Below, one piece after another: positions 12,283-24,473 of a stretch of 64,000 bases of DNA (positions are counted from its first letter, which is position 1; each line of letters opens with the position of its first letter). The notes beneath the pieces are model-generated. The model saw nothing but the letters and a program-made list of their open reading frames with translations. It did no database searches and was not told where the DNA came from. This DNA is from Octopus sinensis. Lineage: Eukaryota. The DNA lies in contig NC_042998.1 of the NCBI RefSeq assembly GCF_006345805.1, forward strand, positions 9,114,001 through 9,178,000, written 5' to 3'. The position numbers and the translations under genes were made by a program.

Positions 12283-13387
12283 TGTTTTCAACTCCAAGCT
12301 ATCTTTTTGCTTCTTTCCAGTTTGATCCTGGTACTTTTGGCCTTGCAACTTCCTTTCAAATTTTGCTGCACCACATCATATGTTTTTCTGAATGGAGGTC
12401 TTCCCCTCTCAGGTCTTGTTGGTTGTTGTGAATTATCCCCAATGCTTTTATAACTTTACTTTTTCTAAGGTAGGAGTAGTTGGCCTAATATAAACTCATT
12501 TTTACCTCTGGTTAGAGGTTGTCCTGCAACAAGGACTGGGCCTATTGGTGGCCATCTGGTTTCTGCCATGGGTGGAAAACAAAAACAACTGGAGAAGCTT
12601 TACAAAATAATTGATTACCATCTTGGTTGTTTGTGTTTTTCTCCATGCTGCTGGCCGTCCACATTGCTATATTGATGTAAGTTGAACAAACCACCAGATA
12701 ATTTCTTCCAATGTTCAATGAAAACAATTTCTGTTCAATGGAAACAATTTTCATAGATTGAGACTCGTGGTTACTCCTATCTAGTCAGGCCTGCGGCATC
12801 ATAACAAAGTGAGACTGCGTTGCAATATACAGATGCTTGAATACACAATAATCATAAAATTTTAATTATCATCATGAGAATACAGCAGTGTTGAAGTGAT
12901 GGAGCTGTTAAAACACCAGACAGATTGGCTTCTGGTGTTCTAACTCTATCTACAGCGAGTTCAAATTCTGCCAAGGTTAAATTTGCCGTTCATACTTTCA
13001 AGGCTGATATAACAGTAATAATATCCAGGGTGATGGACAGGTAAAACTATGGGAACATTGGGCCAGATGCTCTCTGTGCTCTAAGTTCAAATCCAGCAAC
13101 GGTGTTCTTGGGTGGTAGACTTACCTAGTGGTCTGGTTTAACACCACCACCTTCCACCTTGGGTACTCTTTAGCAGAGTCTACTCCATTGCAAGCATTTG
13201 AGCATTTAAATATACTTTCTTCCCTCCTTCCATACAATGAGTCATTCGCACTGCCTTACTTCTAACAAGTATCTATAAGGTTACAAAAGTCACTACAAGG
13301 TGGCAAATAAAAGAGAAAAGCACTCATGACAGCCAAACACAGACCATCAAGGAAATTAACAACATAACTGGATTGAATTTGAATTAC

Positions 13388-13502
13388 CCACGTGTTTAAA
13401 CTCATCCAATGATTTCTCATTAGAGCTTAACTTTTTTTCAAAGTTTTTAAACTGTTGTTCAATCTCTTGCTGTTTCTGAAGCCATTTTTCTTCAATTGTG
13501 TA
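13388..13502 (-). CDS. FAM81: Internal coiled-coil exon, probably of the same FAM81-like gene
   Basis: ttttctag| YTIEEKWLQKQQEIEQQFKNFEKKLSSNEKSLDEFKHV g|gtaatt (alternative donor cac|gtgggt would end the exon at 13392); open frame, heptad-like, resembles the FAM81A WLQQEQERIEKEL segment. Confidence 0.6.
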
Positions 13503-14334
13503 CTAGAAAAGACAAAGCAAAAGTGTCAATTACAAGGGAATATTTTAATTATGTAAGATGAACTTATAACAAATATAATGAGTTTAAGGTACTGAATTGT
13601 TGATCATATGGCCAAGAGTTCAAACTTTAGAATAATCATGGTTTTGAGTCCCTAGGCAAAATGGTCTATGACCTTGCCGCATTTCTACTTTAAATGTTCA
13701 TGTTTCACTGCCAAATAATATTTTACATCTTGGACATATGTTACATTCATCACATATATTACATGCATTAATAAAAAGCTTTTAATTGGTCATTCAATCT
13801 GCTAGAAGTAGCAGCAAAGAACATAGTACTAGATCCTTCATCTTCTGGCATACAAGTATATATTGTAAATATGTAAACATTGAAACATCATCCCTATCTT
13901 TCCAATCCAGCTGCATTTCATATGGGATTTTAGTCCTCCAAAGTTGACTTCGTGTATGAGTTAATCTATCTTTTTTGGCTGTAAATTTTGGTTTGAAAAA
14001 TTCAACTTGTATTCAGGAAAACATGATAACCCTAAAATTAAAAATCACAACCTAAATGCCTCTGAACAGAAGCCTACTCAATCAGGTTTGACTTGAGTTT
14101 AAAGAACAATATCACACAAAAGAAATCAATTTTATTGTTGAAACAAGAAATAATAGGTTGAAATTATATTGGAAAACAGTAAATTAAGATGCATTTAATT
14201 TAATTACTTTGAGGTATACCGATGTCATCATGAACTCCAGGGCTTCTATTGCTTAACACTAGCTTTAGAAATGTTAACAGGATATGAGATGAATCTAAGA
14301 AGTAATGACATTACTACCATTTTCCATCTTCTTT

Positions 14335-14830
14335 CTTCTTGTCTTGAGACAGCATTCACCTGGGGTGGGTTGAGCTGGCTTCATTCAATTTCAATGCTGC
14401 ATCTCTCACAAACGTCGACCAGGCCTGGGGATTTTGAGGCTAACGACCATATGATCACCAACCACTCCCTATTCCAGCGGCAAACGCCGTGGACATGGGG
14501 GCCTAGGTTGGGTTCCAGATCAGCCTTGACCGTCATCAGCCAGGTTTTTCGCCAACCCTGAAGGGGAGCTGGGGCAATTGCTTCGTAGATGAATTCTCGT
14601 GGTTGACGACGGAGGGCATGACCCAGCCAATGCAGATGTCTTGTTAGGATGACTTGTCGGAGGGAGGTGATTCTGCACTGGTGTCGCACCGAATTGTTGG
14701 AGACAAAGTGATGCCATCGGACATGAAGGATGCGGCGTAGACAGAGGTGATTGAAGGATTTAGTCGCTTAATATCTTCCACCCTCATCGGCCATGACTCA
14801 CTGCCATAAAGGAGAATCGTTTGCACTAGT
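14335..14830 (-). mobile_element. RTE-clade LINE ORF C-terminal fragment (family distinct from the 35.5 kb element)
   Basis: QTILLYGSESWPMRVEDIKRL... and LHWLGHALRR...WRKTWLMTVKADL, typical of the RTE post-RT region; frameshifted. Confidence 0.75.
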
Positions 14831-14870
14831 GCGAATTTTTCAAACCATTTTTCATTCCTAAGAAGACACC

Positions 14871-15028
14871 TCCTCTAACTGGTTATTGATGCAATCTGCA
14901 CCCGATATATATTGCAAGCCAGGGAGCGATCCCCTACCATCTTCAAATTGCTAGAAGATGGTAGAGGTTTTCTCCCTTGCTTGATATAAATATCAGTTGC
15001 AGATCGCAATCAATAACCAGCTAGAGGA
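14871..15028. mobile_element. Imperfect fold-back / MITE
   Basis: About 73-bp imperfect inverted arms (CCTCTAACTGGTTATTGAT...CTACCATCTTC / GAAGATGGTAG...ATCAATAACCAGCTAGAGG); GACACC on both flanks. Confidence 0.6.
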
Positions 15029-15664
15029 GACACCCTCTTGGGGTTAAAGAATGGTGGTAACATCAGTTCATACGGAATAGCCATGTTGAAATGGCGACAA
15101 ACATTACTTCTCAGTGTAATTACTACTTTCATCTCTTATAGAGATTTTCTAACCAGATGAATCTAACATTCCTAGAAAATTTGGTATCTACTGACCATAA
15201 CTGAGAGGTGTGAAATTAAAAGCCAAGGTCAAACTCACAAAAAAACGTTTCTATTGAAAACAATCGTTCAACCTATCACTTGGTCCTGTAAGACCAAATT
15301 CTCTCAACAACTATATGTCTTAACCACTATATCTCCCCAAATCAATGATTCTCTTGTAAGTATCCATGTACAGTGTGGATTTTAAAAATGTAATTTAAGG
15401 GTTCAGAAAATCCTTCTTAATGCTAAATATTAAAATTATGAGTAACATGTGATTCTTAATTTTGTGAATAACATAACTTCGTTAGACACAAAGTTCAGGT
15501 ATGGCTGTATGATTAAGTGGTTTGCTTTGCAACAAAGTGGTTTTATGTTCTGACCCATTGCATAGCACCTCGGGCAAATGTTTCCTACTATAACCCCAGA
15601 TCAACCAATGCCACATGAGCAAATTTAGTAGACTGAAACTGTAAACAAACTGAACCTTGTGTTT

Positions 15665-16073
15665 AGGCTCAGGAGTGGCTGTGTGGTAAGTAGCTTGCTA
15701 ACCAACCACATGGTTCCGGGTTCAGTCCCACTGCATGGCATCTTGGGAAAGTGTCTTCTGCTATAGCCTCGGGTCAACCAAAGCCTTGTGAGTGGATTTG
15801 GTAGACGGAAACTGAAAGAAGCCTGTCGTATATATGTATATATATATGTATGTGTGTGTATATGTTTGTGTGTCTGTGTTTGTCCCTCTAGCATTGCTTG
15901 ACAACCGGTGCTGGTGTGTTTACGTCCCCGTCACTTAGAGGTTCGGCAAAAGAGACCGATAGAATAAGTACTGGGTTTACAAAGAATAAGTCCCGGGGTC
16001 AATTTGCTCGACCAAAGGCGGTGCTCCAGCATGGCCGCAGTCAAATGACTGAAACAAGTAAAAGAGTAAAGAG
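15665..16073 (+). mobile_element. SINE family A
   Basis: Full match to family A. Confidence 0.9.
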
Positions 16074-16562
16074 TATGTATGAATGTTGATATTTTGCATA
16101 TCACTATTTGAGCAAAGAAGAGACGTCAGTGACATTCTTTGTTGACATTATGACTGGTCAATGAAGGTTGATCACAGGAAAAGCCCCCAGCCACAGAATC
16201 CTGCTTCAAAATCAATTCCTATCCAAGCCATACCAGCTCAGAAAAATGGACGTCAAATGAACAAATAAATAAATAAACATGATGAATAAAATAAAATAAG
16301 CAATAACTTGCTCTGTTTTTTTATAACTTTCAACTAGAAAATATAGTTTTGATCATCTTTGCATGGAAAGTGCTAGAGTCATTGTTTTAAAATTTAATCT
16401 CTGATGCACTTTGAAGCCAAAAAGATTTAAGATCATTGTCCAAAATGTATATTTGAAAAATATTTTTGGTTATAAATTTTTTTGGTGTAAAAATATTTTA
16501 GATAAAAACAAAGTAATACATATCTTATTGTAATTTAGCCATATGAAAGAGAAGTAGTTAGT

Positions 16563-17385
16563 TTATTCATCATCATCATCATCATCGTTTAACGTCCGTT
16601 TTCCGCGCTAGCAAGGGTTGGATGGTTCGACCAGGGTCTGGGAAGCCAGGGGCTGCACCAGGCTCCAGTCTGATCTGGCAGTGTTTCTAAAGCTGGATGC
16701 CCTTCCTAACGCCAACCACTCCGTGAGTGTAGTGGGTGCTTTTTACATGCCACCTGCACAGGTGCCAGGGGAGTCTGGCATCGGCCACGATCGGTTGGTG
16801 CTTTTAACGTGCCACCAGCATGGAAGCCAGTCGGGGCGGCGCTGGCATCAGCCACATTCGGATGGTGCCTTTTATGTCCCACCGGCACAGAAGCCAGTCG
16901 AGGCGGCACTGGCAACGGCCACGTTTGGATGGTGCTTTTTATGTGCCACCAGCACAGAAGCCAGTCGAGGCGGCGCTGGCATCGGCCACGTTCGGATGGT
17001 GCTTTTTATGTGTCACTGGCACAGAAGCCAGTCGAGGCGGCGCTGGCATCGGCCACGTTCGGATGGTGCTTTTTATGTGCCACTGGCACAGAAGCCAGTC
17101 GAGGCGGTGCTGGCATCAGCCACGTTCGGATGGTGCTTTTTATGTGCCACCAGCACAGAAGCCTTCCAAGGCGGAGCTGGCATCGGCCACGTTCGGATGG
17201 TGCTTTTTATGTGCCACCGGCACAGAAGCCAGTCAAGGCGGTGCTGGCGTCAGCCACGTTCGGATGGTGCTTTTTATGTGCCACCGGCACAGAAGCCAGT
17301 CGAGGCGGCACTGGCATCGACCACGTTCAGATGGTGCTTTTTATGTGCCACCAGCACAGAAGCCAGTCGAAGCGGCAAAGACTTT
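16563..17385 (-). mobile_element. RTE 3' end with 9 x 67-bp tandem array
   Basis: (CAT)n-CGTTTAACGTCC tail at left; unit starts 16777, 16844, 16911 ... 17313 (period 67). Confidence 0.9.
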
Positions 17386-17898
17386 ATAAACTGAAAGTGA
17401 AATTTGATGTAATTGTTTCTCTTGAACAGAGGAAATGTCATGTATTACCTATCACAAAGGATTTCCTATTATTAGAGTATCTTATATAAAAGCTCATATT
17501 TCTAATTGGTGAAAGACTGAATGTAGTGTTTTTTCATGCCTCTTTCAAGTACATCAGTGACTAATGACTAAATGTTGACTATGGTCTCATATTTCATGTT
17601 CAAATCCTTGAAGGATTTGATAACAACTTTGAGCTCCAATAATCACAACTTCAAACAGACTATTGTTATACACCACTGGTCACAGTGCACTTCCTCACGT
17701 AGTTGTGGATTTTGAAATGACGCTACCCTGCTGGCTGGGCAGATAGTCTAACATTTCCCTTGAATGGAATTCCAGTCCATCACAAGGCTACCCACGTAAA
17801 CCTGGGTGGAATGGAGCAATGCTCAACAACACAATACACCCCCAGTCTGAGAACTGAAACCACAATCTTGCAATCATAAGTGTATTCACTCCATATAT

Positions 17899-18332
17899 AG
17901 GCATAGGAGTGGCTGTGTGGTAAGTAGCTTGCTTACGAACCGCATGGTTCCGGGTTCAGTCCCATTGCATGACACCTTGGGCAAATGTCTTCTGCTATAC
18001 CCTCGGGCCAACCAAAGCCTTGAGAGTGGATTTGGTAGACGGAAACTGAAAGAAGCCCATCGTATATACATATATATATATATATATGTATATATATATG
18101 CTTGTGTGTGTGTATTTGTGTATCTGTGTTTGTCCCACCCAACATCGCTTGACAACCAATGCTGGTGTGTTTACGTCCCTGTAACGTAGCGGGGACATAA
18201 ACACCCGAGACCGATAGAATAAGTACTGGGCTTACAAAGAATAAGTCCTGGGGTCGATTTGCTCGACTAAAGGCGGTGCTCCAGCATGGCCACAGTCAAA
18301 TGACTGAAACAAGTAAAAGAGTAAGAGTAAGA
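17899..18332 (+). mobile_element. SINE family A
   Basis: Full match to family A. Confidence 0.9.
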
Positions 18333-18859
18333 ATGTATATTATACAGCAATGAAATACCACTGCTGATATGAGAAACCATTATTACTAGGGTTGTACACT
18401 GGATTGGTAGACGTTACAAAAACCTGAAACCATAAACCTTAACACTACTGTATCTTTACAACCCTGGGTGTCTACTTTATCATTCGACCCTTCAGGTGCA
18501 TATGATAAATACCAGTCATGTACTGGGGTTCGGTCAACAACAGATATCACTTCTCCACAACGGTTTGACTTTGTTCCAAACCAAAAAGAATCATAATCAT
18601 CCAATGACACTATTACTATTATTAGATGGCAAAAGCTGGCGGGATCGTTAGCATGCCGGAGGGGGGGGGAATGCTCAGCTGTATTTTGTCTGTCTTCATG
18701 TTCAGAGTTCAAATTCTGCCAAGGTCAACTTTGCCTTTCATCCTTTTGGGGTTGATAAATTAAGTACCAGTGAAACACTGGGGTTGATGTAATCGACTCG
18801 TGGATTCCCCCCAAATTTCAGGCTTTGTGCCTATAGTAGAAAGGATTATGAGATGGCAA

Positions 18860-19300
18860 AGGTGTCAGTGATGACAGCAATGGTGATGATGGTGGGGGAG
18901 GGGGCAGGAAGGGAGAGGAGGAGGAGAAAGAGGAGGGTGAAGAGAAGGGAGAGGGGAAGGAGCAAAAGTGAGTTAAGGAGAAGGGATGAGAGACAAGAGG
19001 AAGGAAGAGGGGCTGGGAGGGAAGAAAAGAGGGAAGAGACAGAAAGGTAAAGGAGGGAAGAAGGCAGAAAAGATGAGGAAGGAGGAGAGAAAGAGGAGGA
19101 AGGGGGAAGAGGAGATGAAGAAGTGGGGAGGAAAAATGAGGAGGGAGCAGGATGGAGAACAAGAAGGATGAGGAGAGGAACAGGATGGAGGAAGAGGAGG
19201 TGAACTGGAGGATGAAAAAGAGAATTAGGAGGAAGGGGATGAGGTGAATTAGGAGGAAGAGGAAGAGAGTAAGGAGGAGAAGGTAGAGGAGGTAGAGACA
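18860..19300. repeat. Polypurine (GA-rich) low-complexity tract
   Basis: Almost only G/A on the plus strand (GGAGGAGAAG-type motifs). Confidence 0.9.
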
Positions 19301-19524
19301 CTGGGGACGCATTTGATTTCCAGCTGTCACTCATGAAAACGAAACATTTCTTTTACGTATAACTCAGGCATGCATTGTAAGCCTTGTTGCATTCATGCAG
19401 GAAATGCCACAAATATATACACTTAGGCATACCTAAACACATCTCTCATAGAAAAATATAAAGCTGAATAGGTTACAACAGCAAAAGCATGTTAACCATC
19501 ATAAACACTATTGCATGTATATAT

Positions 19525-19688
19525 AGGCGCAGGAGTGGCTGTGTGGTAAGTAGCTTGCTAACCAACCACATGGTTCCGGGTTCAGTCTCACTGCATGGCA
19601 TCTTGGGCAAGTGTCTTCTGCTATAGCCCCGGGTCGACCAAAGCCTTGTGAGTGGATTTGGTAGACGGAAACTGAAAGAAGCCTGTCG

Positions 19689-19737
<49 letters not shown>

Positions 19738-19930
19738 TTGTCCCCCTAGCATTGCTTGACAACCGATGCTGGTGTGTTTACGTCCCCATCACTTAGCAGT
19801 TCGGTAAAAGAGACCGATAGAATAAGTACTGGGCTTACAAAGAATAAGTCCCGGGGTCGATTTGCTCGACTAAAGGCGGTGCTCCAGCATGGCCGCAGCC
19901 AAATGACTGAAACAAGTAAAAGAGTAAAAG
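19525..19930 (+). mobile_element. SINE family A
   Basis: Full match to family A. Confidence 0.9.
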
Positions 19931-20911
19931 ATATATATATATATATATACAAAATGAGGGCAGAAGAAAAATTCTAATGCCAAATATGCCAAAAAAAAGA
20001 CAAAAAATTGTCAATCATCATCATCATAACCATTATAATTATGATAATTTTTGGGTCTTTTTTTCGGCATATTTGGCATTAGAATTTTTCTTCTGCCCTC
20101 ATTTTGTAAATTATTTATAAATTTAACCTTTAAAGGTATTTTTTGATATGCTGGCCATTGATAAAATTTTTTTCCCGAAAAAATTTTTATCCTACATTAG
20201 TTATATATATATATATATATTTGTCCAATTTTAAACCCTGCACGACTTCTATATACTTTGTCTTTCCTACCCGCCATTGCTTCTTTACCAAACTATTTTG
20301 GCGCCCCCCCGATTCTTCCGCCCTCTTCCTCCCATCCTCCTCAATCCCTTCTTTCTCCTTTTCTCTTGGTCACTGATTCTGTCCCCTGCCTTCCACCCTC
20401 TTTGATTCCCTCTCTCTCTGTCTCTCTTTCTCTCTCTCTTTCCTGCAACCTGCTGCTTCTTAACCATTCTGTTGGCGATCGTATCTCGACCAACATGTGT
20501 CCCCTCTACCGTAAGGTAATTATTTCTACGCCAGCTGCTATGTTGTTGTTGTTTTTGTCTCATTTGGTCTAAAGTCGTATGACAACCACCGTTATATATA
20601 TTTTGTTTATCCATTACTGTTTTCAATTTCGTTTTCGTCTCTTGTATTTACATCCGTCTCTTGCGTTTACATTCTTGTCTTCTACCAAGAAATCTAATGC
20701 TTACAGCTTAGTTTTTTTCTTGGGGCTGGCCGAGTTGGAGCAAATATCAGAATTGAACAGCCGAAATTTGCTATGATGATTCGGTGTCTGACTGAAGATT
20801 GAAGGCTTCGAATGATTTGTCTGTGTTCCGTGTTCGTCCCTTCCTGTATTTCACGTTCTTTATATATAAAAACATTTATTCTTATATATATATATTATAT
20901 ATATATATATA

Positions 20912-21113
20912 AAGTTAATCCAAACAAGAAAACACAAAAAAACAAAAAAACACAACAACGCGAGGACGTGGAACAAATAAAGTATTATTGGACGCTCAGG
21001 AATGAAGGAGGGTTTAACGTTTCGAGCGGAGCTCTTCGTCGGAAACATAGGAGAAGGAAAGATCCAGAGAAGGGAAGACAGAGGGAAAAAATCACCAGCG
21101 GTACTCACGAGGT

Positions 21114-21118
<5 letters not shown>
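20912..21118 (-). mobile_element. PLE-like non-coding terminal fragment with minimal hammerhead
   Basis: Homologous to 50170-50370; lies between (TA)n and (CA)n; hammerhead fold at 21012-21046. Confidence 0.65.
21012..21046 (-). ncRNA. Minimal type-I hammerhead ribozyme motif (U4C variant)
   Basis: Minus strand GTTT-CCGACGA-A-GAGC-TCC-GCTC-GAA-ACGT-T-AAAC. Confidence 0.65.
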
Positions 21119-21175
<57 letters not shown>

Positions 21176-22790
21176 CATGTATTTATACACACACATGTTG
21201 TTTTATTATTTTTATACACACACATGTGTACACAAACAAAGCACACACGTATGATATATATATTCATTATTACTGATTTATACTCACTGAGAAAAAATGC
21301 ATCTCTAAACATCAGCTCTACTACCTGAGGCATATGATGTGACACATGAAATTGTCTTATTAAGAAGTAATGACTTGTACCAGGATAATGATCAATAATT
21401 CTTCTACTTTCATAAAACAACCTTTAATGCTTTCCAAAGATTCACACCTGGCACACAATTTTAAATTATCATATGTATATACAGACGTGGCTGCATGGTA
21501 AGAAGTTTGTTTTTCCAACCACATGGTTCCAGGTTCAGTCCCACTTCATGGCACCTTGGGCAAGTGCCTTCTCCTATAGCCTCGGGCCGACCAAAGCCTT
21601 GTGAGTGGATTTGGTAAACGGAAACTAAAAGAAGCACATTGTATATGTATGTGTGTCTGTGTTTGTCCCCCCCCCCGTCCACCGCTTCAACTGGCACTTA
21701 TTTCATCGATCCCAAAAGGATGAAAGGCAAAGTTGACCATGGCAGAATTTGAACTCAGAACACAAAGACTGATTAAATGCTGTTAAGCATTTTACCTGCT
21801 AATGATTCTGCCAGCTCATTACCCTCTAAAACTATAAATATTAATTATTAAATATGAGAAAAGGACATAATTCCTTGTTCAGTATCCAAATAGTTTTGTA
21901 ATACATGAAATTTAAGAGATATAATTCAATAAATGTTATAACTAATGTGCATATCAAAAAATACCTTTAAAGGTTAAATTTATAAATAATTTACAAAATA
22001 AGGGCAAAAGAAAAATTCTAATGCCAAATATACCGAAAAAAAACACAAAATTGTCAATAACCATTATAATTTATGCGTCTCGAAACAAACTGATAGAGAT
22101 TTCTAAAAAAAAAATTTTATCCTACATTAGTTATACAATGTTCATTTTTTGTGAATGATTTCAGTGTATAAGAAAAAAAGTAAGAGTCTTTTACAGTGTT
22201 CTGTTTCAGAATAAGATATTTAGTAAAAGCGTGTAATATACAGTTTTTTGTGGAAAAGTTCAATGTCAGATTTCAGTGTAGAATAAAAAAAGTAAGAGTT
22301 TACCGGTTGCACATTTGTTATGCTTATCAAAAGATATTTTGAGTGAGATAGAGTTCCTTTCTGATTGATTTTTTTTCTCTTATCTGACTTTATGTTGGGT
22401 TTGCTGTCTCTTATATGTGAAAAAAAAGGCTCCAGAGTTGTTTAAGATTTGCGTGGTTTCGCGCCTAAAATTTCTTGTGGACAATGGTTAATACAATTTT
22501 GATTGGTCATTATAAAGGGGTCACTTGAATGTTTGAATGGAAGTTGGTGTTGGGGTAAGAAAATAGGTTCCAGAGATGTTAAAATTTGGCTGGTATCACC
22601 CCTAAAATTTCTTATTGGTCATAATAGAGAGGTCACGTGAATGTTTAGAATGAATGTTGGTGTAGGTGGTGTATGGAGTTTTCGAAAATAGCTTTGATGA
22701 AAATTCTTATTGTTCAGGCTGGTCAGTAGACGTCATGTGGATATTTTGAAGTAAGTTCATTTAGGACAGGAAGAGCTATATGTATGTATG

Positions 22791-22834
<44 letters not shown>

Positions 22835-23051
22835 TGTGTGTTTATATTTATGTTGGGGCACGCGCACGTGTATATATGTGTGCGTGTGTGGGTACAATTT
22901 TCAATATTTATAGTTCTGCTGGTCTTGTGCCTGTATCGGGAAGCAACGTGTTTGTGTGAAGTCAATATCTACAGTCATTTCCAAAAAATAGTGTTGGATG
23001 TTTTGCACCCGTATCAAATTATGTGTATGTGTGGAACCATATGTTTGCGTG

Positions 23052-23420
23052 TGTCATGGTTCCGGGTTCAGTCCCACTGCATGGCATCTTGGGCAAGTGT
23101 CTTCTGCTATAGCCCCAGGCCGACCAATGCCTTGTGAGTAGATTTGGTAGACGGAAACTGAAAGAAGCCTGTCGTATATATGTATATATATATGTATGTG
23201 TGTGTATATGTTTGTGTGTCTGTGTTTGTCCCCCTAGCATTGCTTGACAACCGATGCTGGTGTGTTTACGTCCCCGTCACTTAGCGGTTCGGCAAAAGAG
23301 ACCGATAGAATAAATACTAGGCTTACAAAAGAATAAGTCCTGGGGTCGAGTTGCTCGATTAAAAATAAAGCGGTGCTCCTGCATGGCCACAGTCAAATGA
23401 CTGAAACAAGTAAAAGAGTA
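23052..23420 (+). mobile_element. SINE family A (5'-truncated)
   Basis: Match from the B-box region to the tail. Confidence 0.9.
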
Positions 23421-24168
23421 TAAGATTTTGAGTGAAGATCTTAATGTAAATCATTTTAAAACAGTAAGTTTGTGTAATCGAACCAGAGGTACTCTGGGGT
23501 GGATTGGTATCATAAGGAATAACAGGAACAATGTAATGAACTTACCCCACTACCACCACCACCACCAGCACTGAAATTGCTGCCCTTATGCCAAAGATTT
23601 TAAACCAAATATTTATAGTTTTAGTCTGGGTGCACACTGCCCACTCTTCCTACAAAGAGGGAACTTTCTTGATACAACACAAATTATTCCTTAAGTACTC
23701 TTTGTTGTTTGTCATCATTTTCTCAACTGTTCTATGACTATAATCATCGCAATCAGAACTAAGATTATCCTGATTGACATCGTTCAGCTGGAATTTAGAT
23801 TTAATTAAGAAAAATAGCATATCACAGCTTCATAACTTGATTCTTATCTAAATTAAAAGTTTGTGGTTGATAGTTTCAAGTAATACTTTAAAAAGAAGCA
23901 TTTGTTAGATATTTCAAAGTATTTTCCCAAATAATTATTAAACAGAAATTTACATAAAATTGGGTTTGGTCCCATTGCAAGGTATCTTGGACAAGTGTCT
24001 TCCACTATAGCCCCAGGCCACTGAAAAACCATGTGAGTAGATTTGATAGATGGGGAAACTGAAAGAAGCCCATCATACATTTGTATAGTATCTATTAAAT
24101 AATATTTATCTCTCACCAGATGGAGTACTTTTTTTACTGAACTTACCATTAGAGAACAGTACACTATA

Positions 24169-24473
24169 TCTTTATATATAAAATTCAAGTTGTGTGTGTG
24201 AGACTCTGTCTCCTCCATTTAGATTCCTAACTACTCCCACATTTTGTGGTGCAGTTTAACCAAAACAGGGTATCTTATAGTTGTCATTCATATCGAGCCC
24301 TTCTGGGTATTAGCGCGCGTCTACGATGAGTCTACGATTTAAAAAAAAATTTACCATCATTTTTCCGCATTTTTAATGATTTTTGCTCGGGTTATATAAA
24401 GGAAGTAACTCTCTAAAAATGCTTATATAGTTATTTCCCTTACAAACCCAGCAACGCCGGGCAACACTGTTAG
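24169..24473 (+). mobile_element. Non-autonomous Helitron (family H1)
   Basis: A|TCTTTATATATAAAA ... CCCAGCAACGCCGGGCAACACTGTTAG|T; homologous to 1964-2361. Confidence 0.75.

Noticed and set aside
12283-12760. Possible LINE C-terminal remnant (GRPPFRKTY)
   Set aside because: Only one short motif among many stops; too weak to call.
13119-13260. Perfect minus-strand donor AG|GTAAGT as the missing FAM81 exon
   Set aside because: The open frame (FKCSNACNGVDSAKEYPRWKVVVL) is not coiled-coil-like, there is no clear acceptor, and the sequence looks repeat-derived.
16777-17376. CRISPR-like repeat/spacer array (also 37.7 kb, 49.0 kb)
   Set aside because: The apparent spacers are homologous to each other, there are no cas genes, the context is eukaryotic, and the arrays lie within RTE 3' UTRs.
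16618-17489. Long overlapping ORFs of 189-258 aa
   Set aside because: Products of a stop-poor 67-bp tandem repeat read in several frames.
20775-20825. Hammerhead-like CTGAAGA..GAAG-G-CTTC-GAA
   Set aside because: Stem II loop is impossibly short and there is no stem III or stem I pairing; at best a decayed remnant.
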